Source of the DNA: Flavobacteriales bacterium | Lineage (GTDB): Bacteria; Bacteroidota; Bacteroidia; Flavobacteriales; BACL11 | NCBI GenBank assembly: GCA_014381465.1 | Contig: JACNLP010000074.1 | Coordinates: 5,855-69,854 of the forward strand | Length of the DNA stretch: 64,000 bases | Reading direction: 5' to 3' | In this document: positions 49,381-60,273 of the stretch, one piece after another | Layout: each line of letters starts with the position of its first letter | How positions within the stretch are numbered: position 1 is the first letter of the stretch | Notes under the pieces: model-generated | Databases searched by the model: none | Seen by the model: only the letters and a program-made list of their open reading frames with translations | Told to the model about the DNA's origin: nothing | Made by a program: the position numbers and the translations under genes

Positions 49381-51123
49381 ATGTTAAGAACACACAATTG
49401 CGGAACATTGAACATAAATAATGTTTCAGAAAAAGTAACCCTAAGCGGATGGGTACAAAAAACAAGAGATTTAGGGGGAATGACTTTTGTTGATTTGAGA
49501 GATAGATACGGCATTACACAACTGGCATTTAATATGGATGTAAATGCAGAGTTATGTACTGATGCTAGGAAATTAGGGCGTGAATTTGTAATCCAAATTA
49601 ATGGAACGGTAATTGAGCGTTCATCAAAAAATAAAAATATTCCTACAGGTGAAATTGAAATTGAAGTGAGTAATCTTACTATTTTAAATGCATCAAAAAC
49701 ACCACCTTTTACAATTGAAGATGAAACGGATGGTGGAGAGGAAATAAGAATGAAATATCGCTATTTAGATATCAGAAGAAATGCTGTAAAGGAAAATTTA
49801 ATTCTTAGAGCTAAAGTTTCTACTGAGACAAGAAATTTCTTAAATAAAGAAGGATTTATTGAAGTAGAAACACCTTACTTAATAAAATCTACTCCTGAAG
49901 GAGCAAGAGATTTTGTAGTGCCAAGTAGAATGAATGAGAAGCAGTTTTACGCCTTGCCACAATCCCCACAAACCTTTAAGCAACTATTAATGGTAGGTGG
50001 AATTGATAAATATTATCAAATTGTGAAATGCTTTAGAGATGAAGATTTACGTGCCGACAGACAACCAGAATTTACTCAGATTGACTGTGAAATGTCATTC
50101 ATTGAACAAGAGGATATCCTAAATATGTTTGAAGGATTAACGCGCCATTTACTAAAGGAAGTAAAAGGAGTTGAGCTTGCTGAATTCCCAAGGATGACTT
50201 ATGATGATGCCATGCGTTTGTATGGTTCGGACAAGCCAGATATTAGATTTGATATGGCCTTTGTAGAAATGAATTCCGAGTGCCAAGGAAAAGATTTTGG
50301 GGTGTTTGATAACTCAGAAGCTGTACTTGCCATAAATGCAAAAGGATGTGCAAACTATACGCGTAAGCAATTAGATAAATTAGTCAACTTTGTAAAAACA
50401 CCACAAGTAGGTGCAACAGGATTAATCTATTGTAAATACAATGAAGACGGAACATCAAAATCGACAGTAGATAAGTTTTTTGATGAAGACGCAAGGAATG
50501 CTTGGAAGGAAAAAGCAGCTTGTGAAAATGGAGATTTACTCTTGATTATGTCAGGTGGATTAGACAAAACAAGAAAAGCACTAGGAACTTTGCGTTTGCA
50601 TTTAGCAGAAGAATTAGGGCTAAGAAATCCGGAAGTATTTGCGCCACTTTGGGTACTTGATTTCCCATTATTAGAATGGGATGAGGACACAGAAAGATAC
50701 CATGCAATGCACCATCCATTTACCTCACCAAAGCCTGAGGATATTGCAAAACTAGATACTGACCCAGCAGCAGTGCGTGCCAATGCTTATGACCTTGTGA
50801 TGAACGGAAATGAGATAGGTGGTGGAAGTATAAGAATACACGATAAAGCTTTACAACAACTCATGTTTAAGCATTTAGGATTTAGTGAAGCAGAAGCAAA
50901 AGAACAATTCGGATTTTTGATGGAGGCCTTTGAATATGGAGCACCACCACACGGAGGAGTTGCTTTTGGATTTGACAGACTTTGTGCAATAATGGGAGGA
51001 CAAGAATCAATTCGTGATTTTATTGCATTCCCAAAGAATAATTCAGGGAGAGATGTGATGATTGATTCGCCATCAGATATTGACAAAGAACAACTGAAAG
51101 AATTGGGCATTAGACTTTTATAA
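49381..51123 (+). CDS. aspS: Aspartate--tRNA ligase
   Basis: [10 protein letters not shown] start. Class II motif 2 [18 protein letters not shown] and motif 3 GGVAFGFDR. Confidence 0.97.
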   Translation: MLRTHNCGTLNINNVSEKVTLSGWVQKTRDLGGMTFVDLRDRYGITQLAFNMDVNAELCTDARKLGREFVIQINGTVIERSSKNKNIPTGEIEIEVSNLTILNASKTPPFTIEDETDGGEEIRMKYRYLDIRRNAVKENLILRAKVSTETRNFLNKEGFIEVETPYLIKSTPEGARDFVVPSRMNEKQFYALPQSPQTFKQLLMVGGIDKYYQIVKCFRDEDLRADRQPEFTQIDCEMSFIEQEDILNMFEGLTRHLLKEVKGVELAEFPRMTYDDAMRLYGSDKPDIRFDMAFVEMNSECQGKDFGVFDNSEAVLAINAKGCANYTRKQLDKLVNFVKTPQVGATGLIYCKYNEDGTSKSTVDKFFDEDARNAWKEKAACENGDLLLIMSGGLDKTRKALGTLRLHLAEELGLRNPEVFAPLWVLDFPLLEWDEDTERYHAMHHPFTSPKPEDIAKLDTDPAAVRANAYDLVMNGNEIGGGSIRIHDKALQQLMFKHLGFSEAEAKEQFGFLMEAFEYGAPPHGGVAFGFDRLCAIMGGQESIRDFIAFPKNNSGRDVMIDSPSDIDKEQLKELGIRLL

Positions 51124-51124
51124 A

Positions 51125-52873
51125 ATGGAAAATAAATCGTTATTAAAACGCTTTTTAATTTGGCGATTAAGACATCTCGAACACAAGCAATTCATCTATC
51201 TATTAAGCATTATTATTGGTCTAATTTCTGGTCTTATTGCCGTAATAATTAAAAATTCTGTTTTTTTTATTAAAGAGTTTTCAAAAAGTGGAATGCTAAT
51301 AAATTGGAATGTATTTTTATATTTTTTATACCCTTTAATTGGAGTAACTCTTGTCTATCTTTTTCTTAAATACATTTTGAAAAAACCAGGAAATAGGGGT
51401 TTTGTTTCTATTTTGTATTCCATTTCCAAGCGAAATAGTATTATGCGTTGGCATCAAATGTTTTCGCCTATTATATCTTCTGCGCTTACGGTTGGTTTTG
51501 GTGGCTCTGTTGGTTTAGAAGCACCAACAGCAGTTAGTGGTTCTGCTATTGGCTCTCGGCTTTCAAAATTATTGCACATTAATTATAAAAGCAAAACCTT
51601 GCTAATTGGCTGTGCAGTTGCGGGAACCATTGCTGCTATTTTTAAGGCTCCCATTGCTGCTATCATTTTTGCTATTGAAGTAATTATGCTCGATTTAACC
51701 ATGGCATCTCTAATTCCTCTTTTACTTGCTTCAGTTTCTGCTGTAATGACAAGCCGATTTTTTTTAGGAGAGGAATTGTTGTTAGCTGTAAGTATTCAAG
51801 GTGGTTTCGCTTTAAATGATTTGTTACTTTATGTTGGATTAGGATTATTGGCAGGATTTACTTCTGTCTATTTTCACCATTGCTATACTTTTATAACCGC
51901 TAAATTCAAACGCATAAAAAAACGCTTTTGGAAAATCATTTTAGGGGGAAGTATTCTTAGTATTTTAATCTATTTATTTCCTCCACTTTTTGGAGAAGGC
52001 TATGAATTTATAAACAAACTTACAAGTGGAAACTCAACCGATATAATGGGGGATAGCCAAAATTTATTATTGTTTTTAATCGGGCTTTTACTTTTGAAAG
52101 TAATTGCTACTTCTGCTACAATTGGGGCTGGAGGAGTTGGAGGAATTTTTGCACCTGTACTTTTTATGGGTGCAAGTTTGGGAGTTATTTTTTCAAAATC
52201 TTTAGAGTTTTTGGGTCTTAATAATTTATCAGAAAGCCATTTTGCATTGGTTGGAATGGCAGCACTTATGGCGGGAGTAATGCATGCACCACTTACTGCC
52301 ATTTTCCTTATTGCTGAAATTACATCTGGTTACCAGCTTTTTATTCCCTTAATGATTTCTGCTTCCATTGCCTATATTACTTCTACTTATTTTGTTCCTC
52401 ATTCTGTATTTACTATGCAATTGGCAAAAAGAGGTGATTTGGTTACCCATCATAAAGATAAGGCCGTTTTATCAAGAATTAAATTAGAAAAAATAATGGA
52501 GAAAGATTTATCATTAGTACATCCATCCATGACATTGGGTGAATTTGTAAAAGTAGTTGCTAACTCTAAACGGAATATTTTTCCGGTAGTGGATAGTGAA
52601 AATACTTTTTTAGGAATTGTTGCTATGGATGATGTTAGAGGAATTATGTTTGATCAAAATTTGTACGAAACGGAAACAGTTTCCACAATGATGAGAGCCC
52701 CATTAAGCATACTTTCTACTCACAATACTATGGAAGAAGTAACTACTATTTTTAAAAATACAGCTGCTTGGAATTTACCTGTTCTGAAAAAAGGAAAATA
52801 TGTAGGATATATTTCTAAATCCAAATTATTTTCAATTTATAGAAGAAGATTGTTGGAAGTGAGTGAGGATTAA
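51125..52873 (+). CDS. ClC-family chloride channel/transporter with C-terminal CBS pair
   Basis: 582 aa. GGSVGLEAP and GVGGIFAP selectivity motifs, plus two CBS-like repeats at the C-terminus. Confidence 0.9.
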   Translation: MENKSLLKRFLIWRLRHLEHKQFIYLLSIIIGLISGLIAVIIKNSVFFIKEFSKSGMLINWNVFLYFLYPLIGVTLVYLFLKYILKKPGNRGFVSILYSISKRNSIMRWHQMFSPIISSALTVGFGGSVGLEAPTAVSGSAIGSRLSKLLHINYKSKTLLIGCAVAGTIAAIFKAPIAAIIFAIEVIMLDLTMASLIPLLLASVSAVMTSRFFLGEELLLAVSIQGGFALNDLLLYVGLGLLAGFTSVYFHHCYTFITAKFKRIKKRFWKIILGGSILSILIYLFPPLFGEGYEFINKLTSGNSTDIMGDSQNLLLFLIGLLLLKVIATSATIGAGGVGGIFAPVLFMGASLGVIFSKSLEFLGLNNLSESHFALVGMAALMAGVMHAPLTAIFLIAEITSGYQLFIPLMISASIAYITSTYFVPHSVFTMQLAKRGDLVTHHKDKAVLSRIKLEKIMEKDLSLVHPSMTLGEFVKVVANSKRNIFPVVDSENTFLGIVAMDDVRGIMFDQNLYETETVSTMMRAPLSILSTHNTMEEVTTIFKNTAAWNLPVLKKGKYVGYISKSKLFSIYRRRLLEVSED

Positions 52874-53097
52874 GTGGTTTGTTTTTTATTTTGCAAATAC
52901 CAAAAAAAACCAAATGCTACTACAGCAATATAAGGCATTGCCATCAGATAAAGTATTCCATCATTAAGCCCAGCACCTTTTGTTCCTCCCGCTTCTAAGT
53001 TCGCCTCTACAGCTGCTTTACACATGGCGCATTGCGAGAAAGATTGGATTGATACAACTAATCCTACAACTAAAAATACGAGTTTTTTATTTAACAT
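52870..53097 (-). CDS. Small CxxC membrane protein (signal peptide, CAMCK motif, C-terminal TM helix)
   Basis: MLNKKLVFLVVGLVVSIQSFSQ then CAMCKAAVEANLEAGG and a hydrophobic tail. The ATG at 53097 overlaps the SCO stop by 11 nt (the track start at 53121 is an extension). Confidence 0.6.
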   Translation of the reverse strand: MLNKKLVFLVVGLVVSIQSFSQCAMCKAAVEANLEAGGTKGAGLNDGILYLMAMPYIAVVAFGFFWYLQNKKQTT

Positions 53098-53842
53098 GGC
53101 GTTCCACTTTTGCATCTTCATGATATTCTGCTAAAAGAGTTTTAACATCTTTTATCAGATCTTTTATTACAAAATCCTGTGTTCCATCATAACTACCTAC
53201 CGGATTTCCAACAAATGTTTTTTCTTTTCCGCAAGATGAGCAGGATTGGGGGGAATACTTTGAAGTATTTCCACAATTGCTACATACAAAATTGCTATAT
53301 CCTGAACGAACTCTGCCCTGTTTATCAATTATTACTAAATATTCTGAATGTAAGAATCCTCCTGGAGCTAATGAATCCTCAGATACATTAACGAAATAAT
53401 CCATAGCAATATCGTAAATTTCTTTCTTATTTCCAGTAACAAAATTAAAATTACTTTCGTCTATTCTCATTTTTTTAGCATATAATTTCAATCTTTCAGG
53501 AGTGTCAAAATCTGGGTTTACACTATGAGATAGAAACTTTATATTCGGATAAATCTTTAACTTACTTTGAATATATCGCATGTTCATTGTCATAGTTGGA
53601 CAGATAGTTGGGCAAGAGGTAAAAATAAAATTTGCTATATAAATTTGATTTTCATAAATAGCATTTGTAATGGTATCATTGTTCTGGTTTATAAATGAAA
53701 AAGTAGGGATTTTATGTCCTTTTTCCCCAATTATTGCAAGCTTTACAAAATTATTATTTCCTTTTGAAATGTAATTATAAATAAAATAAGGAAAAGCTAA
53801 TATCACAAAAAGTAATATCCACTTTTTAATTTTTTGTTTCAT
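53087..53842 (-). CDS. SCO1/SenC family copper chaperone with Cys4 insertion
   Basis: 251 aa. N-terminal TM anchor and FTSCPTICP thioredoxin-like copper motif. Extra segment VCSNCGNTSKYSPQSCSSCGKE near the C-terminus. Confidence 0.88.
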   Translation of the reverse strand: MKQKIKKWILLFVILAFPYFIYNYISKGNNNFVKLAIIGEKGHKIPTFSFINQNNDTITNAIYENQIYIANFIFTSCPTICPTMTMNMRYIQSKLKIYPNIKFLSHSVNPDFDTPERLKLYAKKMRIDESNFNFVTGNKKEIYDIAMDYFVNVSEDSLAPGGFLHSEYLVIIDKQGRVRSGYSNFVCSNCGNTSKYSPQSCSSCGKEKTFVGNPVGSYDGTQDFVIKDLIKDVKTLLAEYHEDAKVERHVK

Positions 53843-53851
53843 GCGGCAAAC

Positions 53852-54172
53852 TTACATCATTAAATGAGAATATGCCCCTTCAACAAGTACAAGCCAAAGC
53901 AAATACGGAATTAAAACGAATATTGGTAAAAGCACAGTCCATCTGAAACTTTTTGTTTCGTGCCCTAAATGCATAAATTGCATTACAATATACCCCGCTT
54001 TTACAAGAGTCATAATAATAAATATATGATTAAGTAATGAAGTTCCTAAAAATTGTGTACCTGCTAAAAAAGATGGTTTTATTATTCCTAATGCAACCTC
54101 AAAAGTAGTTATTGCTAATAGAATCCAAAACACTTTCCAAATCCACCAGTTGCTATTTGTTGTTTCTGTCAT
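53852..54172 (-). CDS. Cytochrome c oxidase subunit IV family protein
   Basis: 106 aa with 3 TM helices. Positioned after the subunit III genes. Confidence 0.75.
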   Translation of the reverse strand: MTETTNSNWWIWKVFWILLAITTFEVALGIIKPSFLAGTQFLGTSLLNHIFIIMTLVKAGYIVMQFMHLGHETKSFRWTVLLPIFVLIPYLLWLVLVEGAYSHLMM

Positions 54173-54251
54173 GATTATTGTTTTTTTTATTTTAATTGCC
54201 AGTTTTTATTTTTATTGTCTAAATACAAATATCTAGCAGTCTTATTTATCT

Positions 54252-54914
54252 TTATACTAAGTAGAAAAAAGTGAATACAAACACCCACACTAAATCAACA
54301 AAGTGCCAATATAATCCTACTTTTTCTACCATTTCATAATGCCCTCTTTTTTCATAAGTTCCTTTTATTACATTTATCAGAATTATAATAAGAATTAAAA
54401 TTCCACTAAATACATGAAACCCATGAAAGCCTGTAATAAAGAAGAAGTAATCCGCAAATAACGGATGCCCATAAGGATTGCTTACCAATGTTGCTGGCAC
54501 TCCATCTAATCCGTGAATAAAATGGCTCCATTCCCACGCTTGTGAACCTAAGAAAATTATCCCTCCCACAATAGTTAATGATAGCCATAAAATCACTTTT
54601 TCTTTTTGCATTTTATGGCCGTAATTTACTGCTAATACCATAGTTACCGAACTCATAATTAATATAAAAGTCATTAAAGCAACAAAAAGCAAAGGATGAT
54701 CGCCATGTAAAAAAGGGAAATGTGTAAATACATCTTCAGCCTTTGGCCATACATCAACATATTTAAATCTGCTAAAGCCATAAGAAACCAAAAATCCTGA
54801 AAAAGTCAAAGCATCAGTCATCAGGAAAAACCACATCATTAGTTTTCCGTAACTAATATTATATGGTCTTTGATTTCCTCCCCACGAATTTGTTTTTTCT
54901 ATTGTTTGTTCCAT
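54252..54914 (-). CDS. Cytochrome c oxidase subunit III
   Basis: 220 aa. Heme-copper oxidase subunit III pattern (FFITGFHGFHVFSG, YWHFVDLVWVF). Confidence 0.9.
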   Translation of the reverse strand: MEQTIEKTNSWGGNQRPYNISYGKLMMWFFLMTDALTFSGFLVSYGFSRFKYVDVWPKAEDVFTHFPFLHGDHPLLFVALMTFILIMSSVTMVLAVNYGHKMQKEKVILWLSLTIVGGIIFLGSQAWEWSHFIHGLDGVPATLVSNPYGHPLFADYFFFITGFHGFHVFSGILILIIILINVIKGTYEKRGHYEMVEKVGLYWHFVDLVWVFVFTFFYLV

Positions 54915-54940
54915 AATGTTATTTTTTTCTACTAATAATT

Positions 54941-55495
54941 TTATAAATAGTTAAAAAAGAAAAATAAATATAACCACAATACTCCTAAAAAGTGCCAATA
55001 GGTTGAGGTTAGTTCTATTCCTAAATAATTTTCTGCCGTATATTTTCCTCTTCTCGAATTGACTGTTGTAACCGAAATTGCTATTAGTCCACCCAGTAAA
55101 TGTAATAAATGAGCAAGCGTAATTACATATAAAAAGGAACCTGCAGGATTACTTCCTTCTCCTGTTAAATATACACCTTCACTTACTAATTGATTCCATC
55201 CAAAAAATTGAGAAAAAGTAAATACAACACCTAATGCTAATGCACCAAGTAAAAACACTAAAGGTGATGTGCCATTTTTAACTGCTCTTTTTGAAATGTG
55301 TAATAAAATACTACTACTTATAATTGCAATAGTACTAATCCAAAACCAATCAGGCATCTGAAACTCTAGCCAATTACCTTCCGCTTTTCGCACAATTACT
55401 GCAGAAGTTAGCCCAGCAAAGAACATAACAATTCCTGCTATTCCAACCCAAAGGAGTTGTTTTGATGTTTTATTTTGGTTTAATACAATTGCCAT
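54941..55495 (-). CDS. Cytochrome c oxidase subunit III family protein (second copy)
   Basis: 184 aa. LAHLLHLLGG and YWHFLGVLWLYLF motifs. Confidence 0.85.
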   Translation of the reverse strand: MAIVLNQNKTSKQLLWVGIAGIVMFFAGLTSAVIVRKAEGNWLEFQMPDWFWISTIAIISSSILLHISKRAVKNGTSPLVFLLGALALGVVFTFSQFFGWNQLVSEGVYLTGEGSNPAGSFLYVITLAHLLHLLGGLIAISVTTVNSRRGKYTAENYLGIELTSTYWHFLGVLWLYLFFFFNYL

Positions 55496-57246
55496 TAATG
55501 TTCTGTTTCTCCTTCTTTTAATGGTACATTTTGCATCACAAAATCCTCATCCATTCCCGGTTTTGAGTAATCGTAAGCCCAACGCTCAACACTTGGGATT
55601 TCTCCTGGCCAGTTTCCATGAATTCTTTCTACTGGAGCAGTCCATTCCAAAGTATTAGACTTCCAAGGGTTTTGTTCAGATTTAGTACCTTTAAAAATAC
55701 TATAAAAGAAATTAAATATAAATAATAACTGCACTAAGCCACCAATAATAGAAAAGAAAGTAATTACTTCATTGATATCAGTTAAATTATCAAACATTGG
55801 GAAAGCACTGTTAGTATAATATCTTCTTGGGAGCCCTGCTAATCCTAAAAAGTGCATTGGGAAAAACACACCATAAGCAGCAATAAATGTTACCCAAAAA
55901 TGTAAGTATCCTAATTTTTTATTCATCATTCTTCCATACATTTTAGGGAACCAATGGTACACTCCAGCAAACATCCCATAAATTGCTGAAAGCCCCATTA
56001 CAATATGGAAGTGTCCAACTACAAAATAAGTGTCATGTACATTTATATCTAATGCCGAATCTCCAAGAATTAATCCTGTTAATCCACCAGTAATAAATGT
56101 AGATACAAAGCCAATTGCAAAAAGCATAGCGGGGGTAAATCGAATACTTCCTCTCCAAAGTGTAGTTAGATAATTAAATACTTTTACTGCTGATGGAATT
56201 GCAATTAGTAAAGTTGTAAATGTAAATACCGATCCTAAAAATGGATCCATTCCTGTTACAAACATATGGTGTCCCCAAACGATACAAGATAAAAATGCAA
56301 TTGCCATCATAGCACCTACCATTGCTTTATAACCAAAAATTGGTTTACGAGAATTTACTGACATTACTTCTGATACCAAGCCAAGAGCTGGGAGTAAAAT
56401 AATGTACACCTCAGGATGTCCTAAAAACCAAAAAAGATGCTCAAATAAAATAGGAGACCCTCCAGTATTATGTAACATTTCTCCATTTATAATAATATCT
56501 GACAAATAAAATGATGTACCAAAACTTCTATCAAAAATGAGCAATAAGGCACATGCTAATAATACAGGAAAAGTTAAAACACCAATAATTGCTGTAATTA
56601 ATAATGCCCAAATTGTTAATGGCAAACGAGACATACTCATTCCTTTTGTTCTTAAATTTAAGATTGTAACAATATAATTTAACCCACCTAAAAGTGAAGA
56701 TACAATAAACAATGCCATTCCTACTAGCCATAAATCTTGTCCTAACCCAGATCCTGAAATTGCTTGTGGTAATGCAGAAAGTGGGGGGTAAACCGTCCAA
56801 CCTGCTGAAGCTGGTCCTGACTCAACAAATAGAGAAATAAGCATCACTATTGTAGCTCCAAAGAAGAACCAATAGGATAGCATATTTAAAAATCCTGAAG
56901 CCATATCTCTTGCTCCAATTTGTAAAGGAATTAAATAATTAGCAAAGGTTCCTGTTAATCCTGCAGTAAGTACCCAAAACACCAAAATAGTTCCGTGCAT
57001 AGTTACAAGTGATAAGTACATATTAGGATCTAATACTCCTCCTGGCGCCCACTTGTCTCCTAAAAACCACTCTAATACTGCAAATGATTCTCCTGGATTA
57101 GATAACTGTAAGCGAAATAAAATAGACATAAACATTCCTATAACTCCCATTAACATCCCTGTAATTAGGAATTGCTTTGCAATCATTTTATGATCTTGAC
57201 AAAATATATATTTTGTAATAAAAGTTTCTTTATGATGATCTGACAT
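55495..57246 (-). CDS. ctaD: Cytochrome c oxidase subunit I
   Basis: 583 aa. FWFLGHPEVYIILLP signature, GHHMF, and VVGHFHIVM histidine ligands. Confidence 0.97.
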   Translation of the reverse strand: MSDHHKETFITKYIFCQDHKMIAKQFLITGMLMGVIGMFMSILFRLQLSNPGESFAVLEWFLGDKWAPGGVLDPNMYLSLVTMHGTILVFWVLTAGLTGTFANYLIPLQIGARDMASGFLNMLSYWFFFGATIVMLISLFVESGPASAGWTVYPPLSALPQAISGSGLGQDLWLVGMALFIVSSLLGGLNYIVTILNLRTKGMSMSRLPLTIWALLITAIIGVLTFPVLLACALLLIFDRSFGTSFYLSDIIINGEMLHNTGGSPILFEHLFWFLGHPEVYIILLPALGLVSEVMSVNSRKPIFGYKAMVGAMMAIAFLSCIVWGHHMFVTGMDPFLGSVFTFTTLLIAIPSAVKVFNYLTTLWRGSIRFTPAMLFAIGFVSTFITGGLTGLILGDSALDINVHDTYFVVGHFHIVMGLSAIYGMFAGVYHWFPKMYGRMMNKKLGYLHFWVTFIAAYGVFFPMHFLGLAGLPRRYYTNSAFPMFDNLTDINEVITFFSIIGGLVQLLFIFNFFYSIFKGTKSEQNPWKSNTLEWTAPVERIHGNWPGEIPSVERWAYDYSKPGMDEDFVMQNVPLKEGETEH

Positions 57247-57255
57247 ATTTTTATA

Positions 57256-58236
57256 TTATTTTTGAGTTAATAATTTCTCTGATAAAGTTTTCTTTCCTGT
57301 AAGCCAAGTATCGTATTCTTCTTGTGTTTCTACAACAAATTTCATTTGCATATTGTAATGTGCTACTCCGCAAATTTTATTACAAAGTAAAATAAATTCA
57401 AAATCTTCTCCTTCTTGCTGTTTCATTTGGGCAGTGGTTTGAGTAGGAGTAAAAGCAAATTGAGTAGTCATCCCTGGCACACAATTCATCTGCACCCTAA
57501 AGTGAGGCAAATAAGCTGAATGTATAACATCTTGAGAGCGAAACCTTAATAATACAGGCTTGTCAACTACCAAATGAACTTCTCTTGTAATTTTATCATC
57601 AGCAGCTTTTATATCTTCCATATCAACACCCAATGTATTTTTACCTCCTACTAATCTGAAGTTTGCAGCACCAAGTGTATTGTCATCCCCTGAATACCTT
57701 GCAATCCAATTAAATTGTTTGGCATATACTTCAATCACTGTTGATTCTGAAGTATCCGCATTTGTAATTTGACTCCACACACTCATTCCATAGAAAATAA
57801 CAGCCGAAAGCACTATTGTTGGTACTATTGTCCAAATTTTTTCTAAATTATTATTATGAGGGTAGTAGTATGCACTTTTTGTTTTGGTTTTTCTGTACTT
57901 ATACACAAACCACACCAATATAGGTTGAGTAATAAAAAATACAAATATAATTAAGCCCATTGTAAAATTCATTAAGCTATCAATGGCCGCTCCATGCACA
58001 GAACTTGCTGGAGGTAATAAAAACGGTCCCCAATTCTTGAACTGCCACAATACAAGAGCTAAATAAGCAACTCCGGCAATAAGAAAAAATAAAGTTGCTT
58101 GGATTTTATTATCCTTATCTGTTACTTTATTTAAATCTTGATTTTTTAATTCTGAGAGTAATTCGTTTACTCTAATAACTTGCACTAGTGCAGCAAGCAA
58201 CAGAAAAACAACTAAAATAATTAATATATTTGTCAT
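57256..58236 (-). CDS. coxB: Cytochrome c oxidase subunit II
   Basis: 326 aa. CuA motif DVIHSAYLPHF...CNKICGVAHYNM. Confidence 0.93.
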   Translation of the reverse strand: MTNILIILVVFLLLAALVQVIRVNELLSELKNQDLNKVTDKDNKIQATLFFLIAGVAYLALVLWQFKNWGPFLLPPASSVHGAAIDSLMNFTMGLIIFVFFITQPILVWFVYKYRKTKTKSAYYYPHNNNLEKIWTIVPTIVLSAVIFYGMSVWSQITNADTSESTVIEVYAKQFNWIARYSGDDNTLGAANFRLVGGKNTLGVDMEDIKAADDKITREVHLVVDKPVLLRFRSQDVIHSAYLPHFRVQMNCVPGMTTQFAFTPTQTTAQMKQQEGEDFEFILLCNKICGVAHYNMQMKFVVETQEEYDTWLTGKKTLSEKLLTQK

Positions 58237-58368
58237 AGTTTATAAATTTTTTCGGTGCGAAAATAAATGTTCTAAAACATATAAACTATGATATTTGTAT
58301 CTTTTTATGTTTTGAAGCTTATATTTATACTCATTCTATAATATGAAGATGATTTTTTAGTATTTTTT

Positions 58369-59739
58369 TTAAAAAGCCCGCACAGCCCGCACATAATTAT
58401 TCCATGCTTTAGAATCCCAGCCCTGGTACCCACTATTAAAATGCAGAATCCGGGACCAGTTGTTGCTGTACTCGCTAGAAGACCAATAGTAGTTAGTTGT
58501 AAAAGCAGAACCTCCGTTAGCTATAGCTGTAGAGTCAATAGCAGCTGAATTTGTATACATTTGGTTCAGTTCGTCCTTGCTTGGTAAAAACCAATCAGAG
58601 TAGCTCTGTGCTGTGCTGTTAGCACATCTATCGGCTGCTGTGTTTGCTGCAGTACAACCTGCTAGTATATCTGTCGTATTTTGAGATCCTGTACCAATTA
58701 CTGTTCCGTCAGCACCACTTATAGTAGTTCCATAACATCCCCATGTAGAAATTACTAAATCGTTAATATCACAAACTAAGCCATGTTGCCCTGTTCCATC
58801 TACCCAAAATACAATACCTCCATCACGAAAATCACCAATTTGCACATCCTCAACCCAAACAGGAACTCCATTTACAAACTTAAAGGATGCATTACCAGTA
58901 GGAGGTATTACTGCTAGCCAATTTGTGCCATCCCAATACATCATTTCTCCTGCTGTTGTTCCGTTAGGAAATGTTCCTTGCGCCCCAGTAGCACCTGTAT
59001 TTCCGATTGGACCTTGTGGGCCAACTGCTCCTGTATCTCCTGGCAAACCTTGTATGCCTTGTATTCCTTGCAAGCCAGTATTTCCTGTTAAGCCGATTGG
59101 ACCTTGTGGACCAACTGCTCCTGTATCTCCCGGCAAACCTTGTATGCCTTGTATTCCTTGCAAGCCAGTATTACCTGTTAATCCTTGTATGCCTTGTGGA
59201 CCTGTATTTCCTGTTAGGCCAATTGGACCTTGCGGACCAACTGCTCCTGTATCTCCCGGCAAACCTTGTATGCCTTGTATTCCCTGTGCACCTGTATTTC
59301 CTGTTAAGCCGATTGGACCTTGTGGACCTGGATTATTTGCTGTTTCAGCAAATAGTGCATAAGGCACACTTCTAAGTTGTGTGGTTCCCATTTGCACAAA
59401 GTTAGTACCTCCACTTACATCTACCGATATTTTCATGAAATACAGATGTTGCCCCCAATCAATATTTGCAAAAGTACCTTGGGTAACAGTCCCTCCACCC
59501 ACAGCTAAGTTGATAAGCCCAATATCGTTAGTAGTTGCAATGTGCTCTTCTTCATAAACTATTGTTCCACTTGCATTGTCCTCAATAATGGCTACTTGCA
59601 CACCAACCGATTGGTTTTGCATTACTTGCCAGTTATTATCCCTTACTACTGTTTGATAACTGAAAGTATGTGGTGCTTGCGCCAAAACTACTGTTGCTAT
59701 TAGGCAACTTAATAAGGTTGTTAAAATTAATTTCTTCAT
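58369..59739 (-). CDS. Secreted collagen-like repeat protein with DUF1566 (Lcl C-terminal-like) domain
   Basis: 456 aa. Signal peptide [23 protein letters not shown]-domain SYQTVVRD...[11 protein letters not shown]. 39 uninterrupted G-X-Y triplets at aa 138-255. C-terminal [17 protein letters not shown]...[14 protein letters not shown]...YYWSSSE...VRAVRAF. Confidence 0.88.
   Translation of the reverse strand: MKKLILTTLLSCLIATVVLAQAPHTFSYQTVVRDNNWQVMQNQSVGVQVAIIEDNASGTIVYEEEHIATTNDIGLINLAVGGGTVTQGTFANIDWGQHLYFMKISVDVSGGTNFVQMGTTQLRSVPYALFAETANNPGPQGPIGLTGNTGAQGIQGIQGLPGDTGAVGPQGPIGLTGNTGPQGIQGLTGNTGLQGIQGIQGLPGDTGAVGPQGPIGLTGNTGLQGIQGIQGLPGDTGAVGPQGPIGNTGATGAQGTFPNGTTAGEMMYWDGTNWLAVIPPTGNASFKFVNGVPVWVEDVQIGDFRDGGIVFWVDGTGQHGLVCDINDLVISTWGCYGTTISGADGTVIGTGSQNTTDILAGCTAANTAADRCANSTAQSYSDWFLPSKDELNQMYTNSAAIDSTAIANGGSAFTTNYYWSSSEYSNNWSRILHFNSGYQGWDSKAWNNYVRAVRAF
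58975..59328 (-). repeat. Collagen G-X-Y coding tandem repeat (90-bp units)
   Basis: Near-identical units begin at 59003, 59093 (126 bp including a 36-bp extra block), 59219 and 59309. Each 90 bp encodes [30 protein letters not shown]. Confidence 0.9.
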
Positions 59740-59740
59740 T

Positions 59741-60211
59741 TTATTTGGTTTTGTTTATTTGATAAACTGATTTTTTGTTGTCTTTTATTATCTGTAAAAA
59801 ATAATTTCCTTGCCTAATATGGCTCAAATCCAATTGCTTTGTGTGCTCATTTTGCATTTTATCTTGCAATACAATTTTCCCACTAATATCTATTAAAACA
59901 ACTTCTAGATTTCCATCTTTTTCTAATTCAATATTAAGTAAGGAGGTAGTAGGATTTGGATACACTCTCACGACTTCTTCAATTTCTATCACAGCAGATG
60001 CCACCTCAATAGTACCTTGATGAAAACCTTGTGTAAGAATAATATTACTAGAATAAGTTGCTGTGGCTACTTCTCCCAAAGTCAAATCGGTATTTGCTGT
60101 GCTATTTGAAAAAGAAGCTCCTGCACTTCCAATAACAGAGGGGCTTAAATGTTGGGCTTTTGCGATACCACAAAACGGTATGACACATATAATTAAAAAT
60201 AGATTCTTCAT
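59741..60211 (-). CDS. Small T9SS cargo: signal peptide, ~55-aa segment, type A C-terminal sorting domain
   Basis: 156 aa. [19 protein letters not shown] signal peptide. [41 protein letters not shown] segment. [19 protein letters not shown]...GNYFLQII. Stop codon is 1 nt before the next ATG. Confidence 0.8.
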   Translation of the reverse strand: MKNLFLIICVIPFCGIAKAQHLSPSVIGSAGASFSNSTANTDLTLGEVATATYSSNIILTQGFHQGTIEVASAVIEIEEVVRVYPNPTTSLLNIELEKDGNLEVVLIDISGKIVLQDKMQNEHTKQLDLSHIRQGNYFLQIIKDNKKSVYQINKTK

Positions 60212-60273
60212 AAGATAAGTTTAAATTAATTCTCAATAAAATTCGTTTCGTTTTCTCCTAAAGGGGTTCTGAG

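Noticed and set aside
58274-58313. Inverted repeat AAAACATA-N24-TATGTTTT between the collagen-like gene and coxB, considered as a terminator or an FNR/Crp site
   Set aside because: A 24-nt loop and AT-only stem make a poor terminator. It does not resemble TTGAT-N4-ATCAA. In this AT-rich DNA an 8-bp AT-rich palindrome is not compelling on its own.
58925-59375. Two plus-strand ORFs (145 aa and 122 aa) rich in Pro/Cys/Val or Leu opposite the collagen repeats
   Set aside because: They are the reverse-complement shadow of GGN-NNN-NNN collagen codons. They have no start context or promoter, and the minus-strand gene has a coherent signal peptide, domain structure and coupling to its neighbour.
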